A stretch of 63,106 bases of DNA, filler included, from Chiloscyllium plagiosum (taxonomy: Eukaryota): assembly GCF_004010195.1 (NCBI RefSeq). It is 7 parts of 7 records of this genome, joined end to end, with 100 filler letters (N's around TTAATTAATTAA, not from the genome) between each part and the next. Parts side by side here need not be neighbours in the genome. Positions count along the whole stretch, not along the records: positions 39,364 to 56,905 come from NC_057717.1; positions 57,006 to 60,226 come from NW_025189269.1; positions 60,327 to 63,106 come from NW_025202081.1; 4 more parts are not named here. One strand, written 5' to 3'. The translations under genes and the position numbers were made by a program. The notes below the pieces were generated by a model that saw only the letters and a list, made by a program, of their open reading frames with translations, had not been told where the DNA came from and searched no databases. This document shows positions 51,565 to 62,183 of this stretch, one piece after another. Every line of letters starts with the position of its first letter. The first letter of the stretch is position 1.

Positions 51565-51905
51565 AGAGTTCTTACAGTATGGAAACAGGCCATTTGGCCC
51601 AACAATTCCACATTGACCCTCTGAACAGGAAGTCGCCCACCCAGACCCATTCCCCCTAATTTATATTTACCCCAACTCATGCACCCTAACCTACACATCC
51701 CTGAATACTATGTGTAATTTAGCACAGCCAATCACCTGACTTGCCCAACTTTTGGACTGTGGTAGGAAACCAGAGCGCCCGAAGGAAACCCACGCAGACA
51801 CAGGGAGAATGTGCAAACTCTTCACAGGCAGTCACCCGAGGGTGGAATCGAATTTGGGACCCTGGCGCTGTGAGCAGCAGCGCCAACCACTGAGCCACCA
51901 TGCTG
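51565..51905 (-). mobile_element. tRNA-derived shark SINE
   Basis: Reverse complement of ggcagcatggtggctcagtggttggcgctgctgctcacagcgccagggtccc..., same family as 7171. Confidence 0.8.
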
Positions 51906-53516
51906 CCCTGCGAGTTCATGGGTGCATTATTTTAATTAATTCCAAATTTGGCCTTGGTCACATAATTCACTGTTTCCGAAAGAATGACTCTTCAGTTGAT
52001 ATTTTGTTGTAAAATGTAGCTATTTATTGAAAATGCACAGATTGGGAACACTTAAAGCACTGTGCAGATTAAATAATTCAGTTAATGTTTTATTTTTATC
52101 CTGCAAATCCAGTTTAATCAGGGACATAACAATTCATTAACTCAAGTTACGTGTGAAACTGATCAAAACAGTGAAACTGATCTGTTCTTCATTGAATTGA
52201 GCAGAATTTCCAAATGGTCTTTGCCAATGATCTTTTCCAGCCAGAAAAATATGTATGTAGTGTACGGCGGAATTGAATGGTGTTTCTTGATCAATTATAA
52301 CACAGTCATGGCATTTGTGCTCAAGAGCAAGAACTATTAGCACATTAGACTTTTGAAATTCTATTTATATTTCTCTATGACTTGTAAACTGTTAAAAGAC
52401 AGACCTTGTGATTGAACTAGATAGTGGAGTTCTGAATTCGGATTGTAAAGCATGGATTAGATTAGTCCTTAATTATTTATTTTAAGTAAAAATGGCGCCC
52501 GAAGGTATCTGTTTTCCCTTCATTTCTAAAACCTTTGCGATTTGCCTTTCACCTAATAATAGGCTTTATGAAATTTCAACTCGCATGCTGATTGCATTGA
52601 ATGAGGAACCTGGAGCGGTTCACTATCACCAACCGTGTTAACATTGCAAAAACAATGTAGAAACCAGAAACGGTTTCCCAAATATAACACATTTAATGTT
52701 ACCCAAGCACAGTCCCCCCTCAACAGATCAACGATCACCAGATCACAACACGGTGTGTTTGCAGCAGAACTAGCTCTGGAAACATTTTCAACAGAACCAA
52801 GAACATGATGCAACCTCACAAAAAAAAACAAATTGAAGTCCATCAAAACTGCTCAGAATCCAGCAAACTAATGATTAACTTGAATAGAAATAACAACTCA
52901 TAACAGCAACCTTGTTTGTGAGGGGACTTAACACTTAAACCTGTAACGTTTCTGGCAACAGTTCAATTTATTTACAACCTGTACACCCTTCTTGATCGTG
53001 ACAACCTTGTGCAGCTCACAGTAGAGCAGTTGAAGGCGTATCTTGATTGATCAATTCATGGTCAAAACAATATTACTGAATGGACAAACATTACCACATT
53101 ATAATTTTAAGTTAGTTTCAATTACATAATCTGTTCAATTCTGCAGTTTCAGATTTTAATCCAAATTTTATTTTGAATGAGGCTACTCAAAACAAAATTC
53201 AGTTAGTTTACAATTAGCACGGAGTTTTTTTTTAAAAAGTCAATGCATTAAAAACTCGTTTTTTTCATTTTTCACACTTCCGGGTTTCTGCCTTGAGTTG
53301 TTTTTCAGACCGTTACAAATGGATGTAATGTTTTCAATCAAGCAGAGAAAAATGTGTCATATAAGTTTAACAAATGCAGAAATGATGCATGAAAAGCAAA
53401 AGAATTTCACAAATATTGGTAATGAAAAGTAATCCAGAGAGTCAATCTCCTCACCAGAAAGAAAACACCAATTACAGAAAGCATGAAAACGCTGATCAAT
53501 TTCGCAAACTGAATAA

Positions 53517-53803
53517 GAATCCAATCAACTCAATTCAACAGAATCAAGGAAAATAAAATCAGAATCCAAATAACTCAAAACAACAGATTTGATTGAAACA
53601 TAATCAGAATCCAACCAATTCAATTCAACAGAATCAAATAAAACAATTTCAAAAGCCAATCAACACAATTCAACAAAACCAAGTAAAACAATGTCTCAAT
53701 CCAATCAACACAGTTCAACCGATTCAACTAAAACAAAGCCAAACTCCAATCAACTCAATTCAACAGAATCAAGTAAAACAAACTCAGAATCTAATCAACA
53801 GAA
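53517..53803. repeat. 45-bp tandem array (~6.3 units) ~0.5 kb downstream of JH
   Basis: Units at 53517, 53562, 53607, 53652, 53697, 53742, 53787; consensus ~GAATCCAATCAACTCAATTCAACAGAATCAAGTAAAACAAAATCA. Confidence 0.85.
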
Positions 53804-54316
53804 TGCAATATAGCACCGCAAGAAAATTTTATGACAATTTCTAACCTGCTTGTCATCACCAAAATTAACAAAATAAATGAGAAAGTATTATCATGATAAA
53901 AACATATATTCAATAAATGAATAATGATATTTTAGCATATTTTAATCATGTTTGGTAATATCCCGAACATCTTTGAATTCTTAGCGTTTGTTATTGATAA
54001 TAAAAGTTACAGTCAGGGTGTCACTGACATTAAACATTATTCATAGCTGACTGATTAAGAGACATTAGGTGTTTCAAGTAACCCAGCCATACAGAATGCC
54101 CATCTGATCAGAAAAGGAGATGCACCGAGCAACTGACTCCATCATCACCCTTTTAACTATTTGCTGAGCCTTAACTGAAGTCTATAATCAGTCTGAACAA
54201 AAATCAATCCGAACCAAACCAAACTCAGCACAGAATCTGAGTTTCATTTAATTCAGAAATTAGTCACATGAATAGAAAGTTTTTAAAAAGTCACTAAGAA
54301 AGTTCAAGGGTCTTAC

Positions 54317-54364
54317 CTGAAGTCACTGTCACCATGGTCCCTTGGCCCCAGTAATCAAGATAGT
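54317..54364 (-). CDS. IGHJ: IgH JH segment
   Basis: YLDYWGQGTMVTVTS, donor G|GTAAG; 23-RSS at 54365-54403 (plus: CACAATG-23nt-ACAATATCT). Confidence 0.95.
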
Positions 54365-54758
54365 CACAATGTTACATTCTCTGGACTGGGTCACACAATA
54401 TCTAGCTCTGCATAAAACAAATCAAAAATCTACCATCATTTAAAATTTTCAGAACCACATGCTAAATAAAGTCACGATAAATCTTCATCACATAACTGTG
54501 CTAGTGAATTCTGATAATTCTTGATAAATTTTAACACTGTTTTCTACTTCACAGAGTAACACATGAGCTGATTCTCAAAATCCCCAACTGGTGTATCGAT
54601 AATTACCCAACACTTTTACAAATTAAATAGTGATACTGGCATCAAACCGCACAGAACTAATACTGCACTGCAAGTTAAGACGGTTTGTAGAAGTAATCAC
54701 TGACTAGTTTCAAACAATGGAGGCTGAATAGGTTTTTATATTAATCATAATTGCAGTG

Positions 54759-54773
54759 TCATTCCAGCTCTTT
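54759..54773 (-). other. IgH D2 segment (AAAGAGCTGGAATGA) with 12/12 RSS
   Basis: Plus: GGTTTTTAT-12nt-TGCAGTG [D] CACTGTG-12nt-TCAAATACT (54731-54801). Confidence 0.8.
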
Positions 54774-55111
54774 CACTGTGACACACGTTGTGTCAAATAC
54801 TATGACAGACTGTAAACTTTAAATGCAGATAATTTCTTCACTTCCTAGAAATCAGTGATTCAGACTCCTTTTACTATTCCTCGTATTTTGATAGCTTGGA
54901 ATACTTTTTCAGGTTTGGTCTGCATTTAACTTGACCATCAACATGAAGAAGGTAGAAACAAATTATACATTTGTACAAACTAGCACTACTGGATTGCGTT
55001 TAAATTGCATCTCACATTATTTCTCGCTCCTGCCATGGTTGAAATCACCAATTTGAGATAAACACTTGTCAGTGGTTATTGTATGAGGATGTCGCTATGC
55101 ACAACACTGTG

Positions 55112-55125
55112 ACCCACTGTAGTAT
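55112..55125 (-). other. IgH D1 segment (ATACTACAGTGGGT) with 12/22 RSS
   Basis: Plus: GGTTATTGT-22nt-CACTGTG [D] CACAATG-12nt-ACACTCATT (55074-55153); matches the conserved shark IgM D1 core TACTACAGTGGGT. Confidence 0.9.
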
Positions 55126-55513
55126 CACAATGATGTAGACCAGTACACTCATTCTCTGTTCTTTACTCTAGGTCGCAATTTTCATTTGAAAGAGCCATTT
55201 AGCACTGATCATGCTTAGAATTAATGCCATAGTTGACATAACAATTAGCAGTGATTTCCTGAGCTGTCAGGTATATTAAAACTAACATTTTGTCCGAGCA
55301 TTTAATTGATGGAAGTGTTAGCAGTACATATGACATGCCCAAAACATTGTCCCATTGTGTCACCAGTTTGCTAGTTTAAATGGTACATTTCCTCTTTGAT
55401 AGTTTTGTAAGAGGTAGCCTGAGGTCTGCTTCAAATTGCAGTTGGTATAATTGCATTTAAAACTCGTACTGACCGTCAGTTTATGATAGAATTGACAAAA
55501 TGTTCCCTAGAGC

Positions 55514-55552
55514 TGTTTTTGAATGGGTCCAGCCCTGGTTCCTCTCGCTGTG
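55514..55552 (-). other. 23-RSS of VH
   Basis: Minus: CACAGCG-23nt-TCAAAAACA. Confidence 0.9.
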
Positions 55553-56033
55553 GTATCTTGCACAGTAATAGATGGCGGTGTCTTCGATCTTCAGGTTCTC
55601 CATGTCCAACGCGAAAATGTTGTTTGAAGTGTCTTTGGACGCAGTAAATCGACCCTTAGTCGCTGGTGCATAGTTACTGCTGGATGAACCATAGTACCAA
55701 AGCAGCCACTCCAGACCCTGTCCGGGAACCTGTCGGACCCAGTACATGCAGCAGCTGCTAAGATCGAACCCGCTGGTTTTACAATTCAGTTTCAGGCTGC
55801 CTTCGAGACGGCCAGTCTCTGCCTCTGACTGGGTCAAAACAACCTCCGACTGGACACGTTTAAAAAGAAAACAAATAAACCTTGAGCATTAATGCTGATG
55901 AAATGATGGCTGAGTGTTTTACATTCCTGCGGTAGACTAACATTGAGACAGTCACAAATAGAGACTTGAACAAAAAACACCCACATGATAAGAAAGTCAG
56001 TAACAGACTGAGAAAAATTGTCGACACAATCAT
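55553..56033 (-). pseudogene. IGHV: Shark IgM-type VH segment (leader 55985-56033, V exon 55553-55857); open frame but splice acceptor AG>AC
   Basis: Leader MIVSTIFLSLLLTFLS T|GTGGGT; V: VQSEVVLTQ...[28 protein letters not shown]...RFTASKD...DTAIYYCAR; intron ends TTTAAAC|GTGTCCAG. Confidence 0.85.
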
Positions 56034-56905
56034 TCTGATAACTTGTGGGAAGCAGTTCTGTCAAGACCTTTCTAAACAAAGCCGACCCAGGAGTGTTGAA
56101 TTACGGTCTAGTGCCCAGGATCTATATGGCCATCAGAAGGGGTAGGCTTACAGCTTCTGCCTGTTGGTTTCCTGCTGGGGGCTGAGACTGGATCCTGGTA
56201 TCAACTTGCACAGCCCGAACACGTGGGCTCATGTATTTACATGAGGTTATGTTTAAACATGGACATATACACATCTTGGGATATTTGTTTTGCTGAATAG
56301 CTTCTTTGGAAGTAAATTGGAGTAGCTTCAGGTCTGTTTCACATGATAGTTGCATGTATTTTGTTTTAAAAAAACAAATTCAACTGGGAGTTAGCTCCCT
56401 TTATTTCTACATTCATTCACAAGCAGATAAAACTAAAGTTAAAGTTCAAACATATTACCAGCCAATAAAACAGTTGAGTTTTTCTTCCCTATATACTGCA
56501 AGTCTCTGTCGCACTACAAAATAACATGTAATTCATATGAAACATTTCAGAATTCAATTTGGGCAACTGAATACAGAACGTGTCCAAATTGATTATATTT
56601 AGAATATTCAATTAAGAAGTTAACTCCCTTTAATCCTACATTCCACCACAAGCAGATAAAGCTAAAAAGAACTTCAATAATATTATTAGCCAACAAAATG
56701 AATGACTTTATTTGCTGTCACTCATAGTCTTTCTCACATTACTAAATAACATACCATTTTTAATCTGCGTTTCTAAATTCAGTTTCGGCAACCTAATATG
56801 GAGCATGTCTAAAGTGATTATGTTCAGAATGTGAGTGTATGTCACTAAACAGTTTGGACCCGGAGATTAGAATTGCAGAATGTCTCTCCTTGCATCTTTT
56901 TTTTT

Positions 56906-57005
56906 NNNNNNNNNNNNNNNNNNNNNNNNNNNNNNNNNNNNNNNNNNNNTTAATTAATTAANNNNNNNNNNNNNNNNNNNNNNNNNNNNNNNNNNNNNNN
57001 NNNNN
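56906..57005. other. Artificial contig-join spacer
   Basis: N44-TTAATTAATTAA-N44. Confidence 0.97.
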
Positions 57006-57721
57006 AGAGACACCAACAGGTTGCACTAAGTAACACACGCACTCTGAGAGACAGGCAGCGCTGAGTAACATGGTCACACTCCATGCTGCCTGCAGGTGTC
57101 TCTCTGAGTAACACTGAGAGAGACACCTACAGGCAGCATAAAGTAAAACACTCGCACTCACACTGTGAGAGACACAGCCAGCAATGTCTGTGAATGGCTG
57201 AAGATTGTTTCAGGGGCTACCCAACATGCCGCAGAGATTGCACAGTGCAATCCCATCAGCTGGGCCTGGAGGGAATGCGTCAGATTGTACTTTTGAGTCC
57301 TAACAACTTTCAGTTTCTGTTCTTTTTGGAAACTTCTAACCTGCATAAATTCCTGTCCAAAGGGATCATTTGAAAATGATTAATGAATGATGATTGTAAT
57401 TGATTGACAGGCCAAGCAACCAATTGTGACAATGACCTGCTGAAATCAACTGGGGGGGAGGGGGAGTGGAGGTCATCTATTTCCAAAGTACACAGAGACT
57501 GAATCTTCATCTTTTTTCCCTTTTTCAGATTGACATTGACAGAAAAAAAAACTGCAATTAACAGTCCAGACAAAGGAAGCTGCTCAAAATCACAGCCACA
57601 ATGGAGCTTAAGGAAAACACTTGTGGAGATTTGCTCAATAACATGAGAATTCTGTCCCTTTAAACAGTGACAAACCCTTAAATTGGAACTGACAGCTAAG
57701 CAGGAAGAAGATTAGATTACT

Positions 57722-58005
57722 TACAGTGTGGAAACAGGCCCTTCAGCCCAACAAGTCCACACCGACCCGCCCCCACCCAGACCCAGACCCATTCCCCTAA
57801 CACTACAGGCAATTTAGCGTGGCCAATTCACCTAAGCTGCACATTTTTGGACTGTAGGAGGAAACCAGAGCACCTGGAGGAAACCCACGCAGACACGGGG
57901 AGAATGTGCAAACTCCACACAGTCAGTTGCCTGAGGCAGGAATTGAACCTGCCTCTCTGGCGCTGGGAGGCAGCAGTGCTAACCACTATGTCACCATGCC
58001 GCCCA
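57722..58005 (-). mobile_element. tRNA-derived shark SINE
   Basis: Same family as 7171 and 51565. Confidence 0.8.
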
Positions 58006-58338
58006 AAAGGTCTGGTTTACTGAAGCAGAGACTTCTGAGGGTCACATTGTTTTGTAAAGCTGACAGTCTTCAGCAACTTCAAGAGATTTTACTCGGCATA
58101 CAGTCAACACTTCCCCATCAAACACTCCCCGGACAAGGACAGCATGAGGTTTGACATAGCGTAAAGTCTCTCGACATTGTCGCAGTGACCTACTTCAACA
58201 TCCAAACCTCAGACGTAGCTCTGAGCAGTCCTGAGAAGGAAGAGAGTTGAAATTCAGTACTAACAATGACCTTTGTCCTGCCAGCTCAGCCCTGTTCTAA
58301 GTAAAGTTGTGTCTCCTCTGTGGACTGTCTCAAACACT

Positions 58339-58666
58339 CTACACACATTCTGATCTCCTGATGCTCTTTCTGAGGGAGACGGGAGGGTCACGTGGGTGAG
58401 GGCACAGGAGAAGCGAGCGTTGGACTCCCAGTCAGACCCAGAGAGGGTCAGCAGGCTGCTGACACTGTAGGTGCTGTCCGAAGCTCGCAGATAGTTGCTG
58501 GTCTGAACCCCGTCCGAAATGACTGCACCATCCTTCTTCCACTGCACCTCCAGCTCATCGGGATAGAAGTGATTGGCAAGGCACACCAGGGTGGCAGTGC
58601 CCTTGGCATTGACCTGCTCCGGGGAGGGGGGCAGCAGGGTCAGCTTGAGCTGGGAGTTCTCACGGC
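58339..58666 (-). pseudogene. IGKC: Kappa-type (NS4-like) Ig light-chain constant exon with 1-bp deletion near the 3' end
   Basis: RENSQLKLTLLPPSPEQVNAKGTATLVCLANHFYP...WKKDG...QTSNYLRASDSTYSVSSLLTLSGSDWESNARFSCALTH; TCT CCC TCA vs paralog TCT CCC CTC; original end SECV-TAG is out of frame. Confidence 0.85.
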
Positions 58667-60226
58667 CTGAAAGACAAGAGAAACAATTTTAATCCCTGCC
58701 AAACAAATGGATTTTGACTCTCAGTATATTCACTGGCAATACAATCTTATTGAACATTTGTAGTAAATACAGAATGAACCCCGACAAAAGAACAGGTATT
58801 GTTTAAATTGCTTCTTGGGATATGAGAGTCACTGCCAGGTCCAGCATTCATTGCCCATTCCTAATTGCCCCTGAGAGGGTGATGGTGAAAGAGAAGGTAT
58901 AGTTTTGGACCATCGTTTATGGAATGAATATGGGCAGCTGGAAGGGCTATCAATGGGGGAGCATTTCAGTGACAGTGATCGGAACTCAGTGAGATTGAGA
59001 GTACGGATGGAAATGGAGAACAATGGAGCAAATGTAAAAAAATTCATTTGGGAATGAAATATTTTACTGAACTGTGCAGTGATTTAGCAAAAGTGGACTG
59101 AAACCAAATACATGATGGAAAATCAGGGTCAGGGCAGTGGTAGGCCTCGAAGGATGAGACAGAGATTGTTCAGAATCTGTTCCCACAATGAGTAAGTTTG
59201 GGACTCCCAGATATAGACTCTCAGCCTGGGATGTCAAAAGGCAGCAGAGTAGGGAAGACCAAATAAGGAAGGTGATGTTGGTTATCTGGAGATCAATTCC
59301 TGCAGAAAGCTGAGAGGAGGATAGAAAATGCAGGGGTGACATTGAACAGGAGCTGAGGAAAGCAAAGAGCTGACAGGATGAAATATGTTCAACTGAATCA
59401 GGGAAATCCCAACGAACAAGAGGATTGGGGGTCATGTACTAACATGGATTGGGAACTGGTTGGCAGGGATCAAAGAACGTGGGGAGAAAGCAGGAATAGG
59501 GGATTGTGTTGGATGATCAGCCATGATCATATTGAATGGTGGAGCATTCGAGGTGTGTAAAATGATGAAGGCCCTGGACAGAGTGGGTAGGAAGAACTGA
59601 TTTCCATCAGCAGTAAAAGCAATAGCCATGGGGAGAGATTGAAATGAATTGGGGCAGGGTTTGAGGGGAGTTGAGGAGTAACTGTTTCCACCCAGAGGCT
59701 GGTGAGATCTGGGACTCACTGTCTGAAAGGGTGGGAGAGGCCAAAACCATCATCACATTGAAAAAACACTTGGATATTCACTTCAAACAGCAAAACCTCC
59801 AGAGCTATGGAGCAAAAGCTGGAAAGTGGGATGGAGCGCAATACATTTTTAACAAACCTGCTGTCATCCACAGATCAGGAGAACTTTATCTGAGAACATT
59901 GGAGCAGACTTGGATCCACACACTTCATTGGGTGTCCATGTGGAAGGTTCCAGATTGCATTTCAAACCTTGCTGCACACCAATGGGCTGAGGTCAAGGGT
60001 GAGGCTACAAAGAGTCTCACTGCCCCAGGGTCAGCCAAGGTCACTTCTCCTAATGACTCAATGACCCCTGGAAGGTGAGAGTGCACGGACAATGGGTGAG
60101 GGTCAGGACCAGGAAGCTCCAACCTTAAAGAAAGACTTGAATTTGTGTAGCACCTGTCCTCAACTCAGGATGCCCCAATGGCTCTTTCCAGCTGGCTGTG
60201 CACAGTAAGATCCCAAACACATTATG

Positions 60227-60326
60227 NNNNNNNNNNNNNNNNNNNNNNNNNNNNNNNNNNNNNNNNNNNNTTAATTAATTAANNNNNNNNNNNNNNNNNN
60301 NNNNNNNNNNNNNNNNNNNNNNNNNN
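60227..60326. other. Artificial contig-join spacer
   Basis: N44-TTAATTAATTAA-N44. Confidence 0.97.
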
Positions 60327-60557
60327 TCTGTGTCCAATGATTCAGCCCCACTAGCTACCCGATGAAGGAGCAGCGCTCTGAAAGCTTGTACTTCCAAAAA
60401 AGCCTGTTTGACTCTAACTTGGTGTTGTGTAAATTTTAATAAAGACTGAATTGTTTTTCATCCGAGATTTGGGAAGATTAAACCCTCATCTTCAATCCCC
60501 ATCACAAAGCCCATTCTCTGTCCATCACTCAGAGACAAATGCCTTAGCAACACCTTC

Positions 60558-60840
60558 AGGCAGCACAGAGTGACACACACACTCAGTGCGATACCTACAG
60601 GGCAGCACAGAGTGACACACACACTCAGTGCGATACCTACAGGCAGTACAGAATAGCACGCACACACTCAGAGCCACTTACAGGCAACACTGACTAACAT
60701 ACACACTCCGAAAGTCAGACAGCACTGAGTAACATGCTCACACTCCATGCTGCCTGGAGGTGTCTCTCTGAATAACACATCCACACTCGGAGTGACATCT
60801 ACAGGCAGCATTATGTAATACACTCGCACTCAGAGAGACA
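60558..60840. repeat. ~41-bp degenerate tandem repeat downstream of C-kappa
   Basis: ggcagcacagagtgacacacacactcagtgcgatacctaca repeated; homologous block at 57006-57180. Confidence 0.7.
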
Positions 60841-60940
60841 CAAGGTAAAAACAATGACTGCAGATGCTGGAAACCAGATTCTGGATCAGTGGTGCTGGAA
60901 GAGCACAGCAGTTCAGGCAGCTTCCGAGGAGCTTCAGCAA

Positions 60941-60976
60941 AATCGACGTTTCGGGCAAAAGCCCTTCATCAGGAAT
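60941..60976 (-). ncRNA. Minimal type I hammerhead ribozyme motif in a Penelope-like terminal repeat
   Basis: Minus: ATTC-CTGATGA-A-GGGC-TTTT-GCCC-GAAA-C-GTC-GATT. Confidence 0.6.
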
Positions 60977-61854
60977 CTCAGAGAGACACAGCCTGCAGTA
61001 TCAGTGATTGGCCTGAGATCATTTCAGGTACTATCCAGCATGCAGCAGAGAGTGGAAAGTGCAATCCCAGCAACTGGGCCTGGACCAACAGAGTGAAGGG
61101 GAATGCCTTAGATTGTAATCATTGAGTCCCAACAGATTTCAGTTTCTGTTCTGTTTGGAATCTTGTAACCTCCACAGATTCCAGATCGAAGAGATCATTT
61201 GAAAATGATTGATGATTGGCTGGCAGTCTATACAATAACAGATGTCTTATTGATTGACAGGCCAAGCAGCCAATTGTGACAACGTCATGCTGAAATGCAG
61301 CCAATCAGCNNNNNNNNNNNNNNNNNNNNNNNNNNNNNNNNNNNNNNNNNNNNNNNNNNNNNNNNNNNNNNNNNNNNNNNNNNNNNNNNNNNNNNNNNNN
61401 NNNNNNNNNNNNNNNNNNNNNNNNNNNNNNNNNNNNNNNNNNNNNNNNNNNNNNNNNNNNNNNNNNNNNNNNNNNNNNNNNNNNNNNNNNNNNNNNNNNN
61501 NNNNNNNNNNNNNNNNNNNNNNNNNNNNNNNNNNNNNNNNNNNNNNNNNNNNNNNNNNNNNNNNNNNNNNNNNNNNNNNNNNNNNNNNNNNNNNNNNNNN
61601 NNNNNNNNNNNNNNNNNNNNNNNNNNNNNNNNNNNNNNNNNNNNNNNNNNNNNNNNNNNNNNNNNNNNNNNNNNNNNNNNNNNNNNNNNNNNNNNNNNNN
61701 NNNNNNNNNNNNNNNNNNNNNNNNNNNNNNNNNNNNNNNNNNNNNNNNNNNNNNNNNNNNNNNNNNNNNNNNNNNNNNNNNNNNNNNNNNNNNNNNNNNN
61801 NNNNNNNNNNNNNNNNNNNNNNNNNNNNNNNNNNNNNNNNNNNNNNNNAACACT

Positions 61855-62183
61855 CTGCACACATTCTGATCTCCTGATGCTATTGCTGAGGGGAGAGGGC
61901 AGGTTCACGTGGGTGAGGGCACAGGAGAAGCGAGTGTTGGACTCCCAGTCAGACCCGGAGAGGGTCAGCAGGCTGCTGACACTGTAGGTGCTGTCTGAAG
62001 CTCGCAGGTAGTTGCTGGTCTGAACCCCGTCCGAAATGACTGCACCATCCTTCTTCCACTGCACCTCCAGCTCATCGGGATAGAAGTGATTGGCAAGGCA
62101 CACCAGGGTGGCAGTGCCCTTGGCATTGACCTGCTCCGGGGAGGGGTGCAGCAGGGTCAGCTTGGGCTGAGAGTTCTCACGGC
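61855..62183 (-). CDS. IGKC: Kappa-type (NS4-like) Ig light-chain constant exon; stop codon TAG>CAG, reads into gap
   Basis: Acceptor TTTCAG|GC; RENSQPKLTLLHPSPEQ...SPLSNSIRRSECV then CAG where the paralog has TAG. Confidence 0.88.

Noticed and set aside
50347-52341. ~290-bp repeat at 50347-50637 and 52051-52341
   Set aside because: One copy abuts a gap and there is no coding or RSS signal; a real duplication cannot be told from misassembly
53593-53844. Q/N-rich 83-aa ORF with 15-aa periodicity
   Set aside because: By-product of the 45-bp DNA repeat; no splice or promoter support
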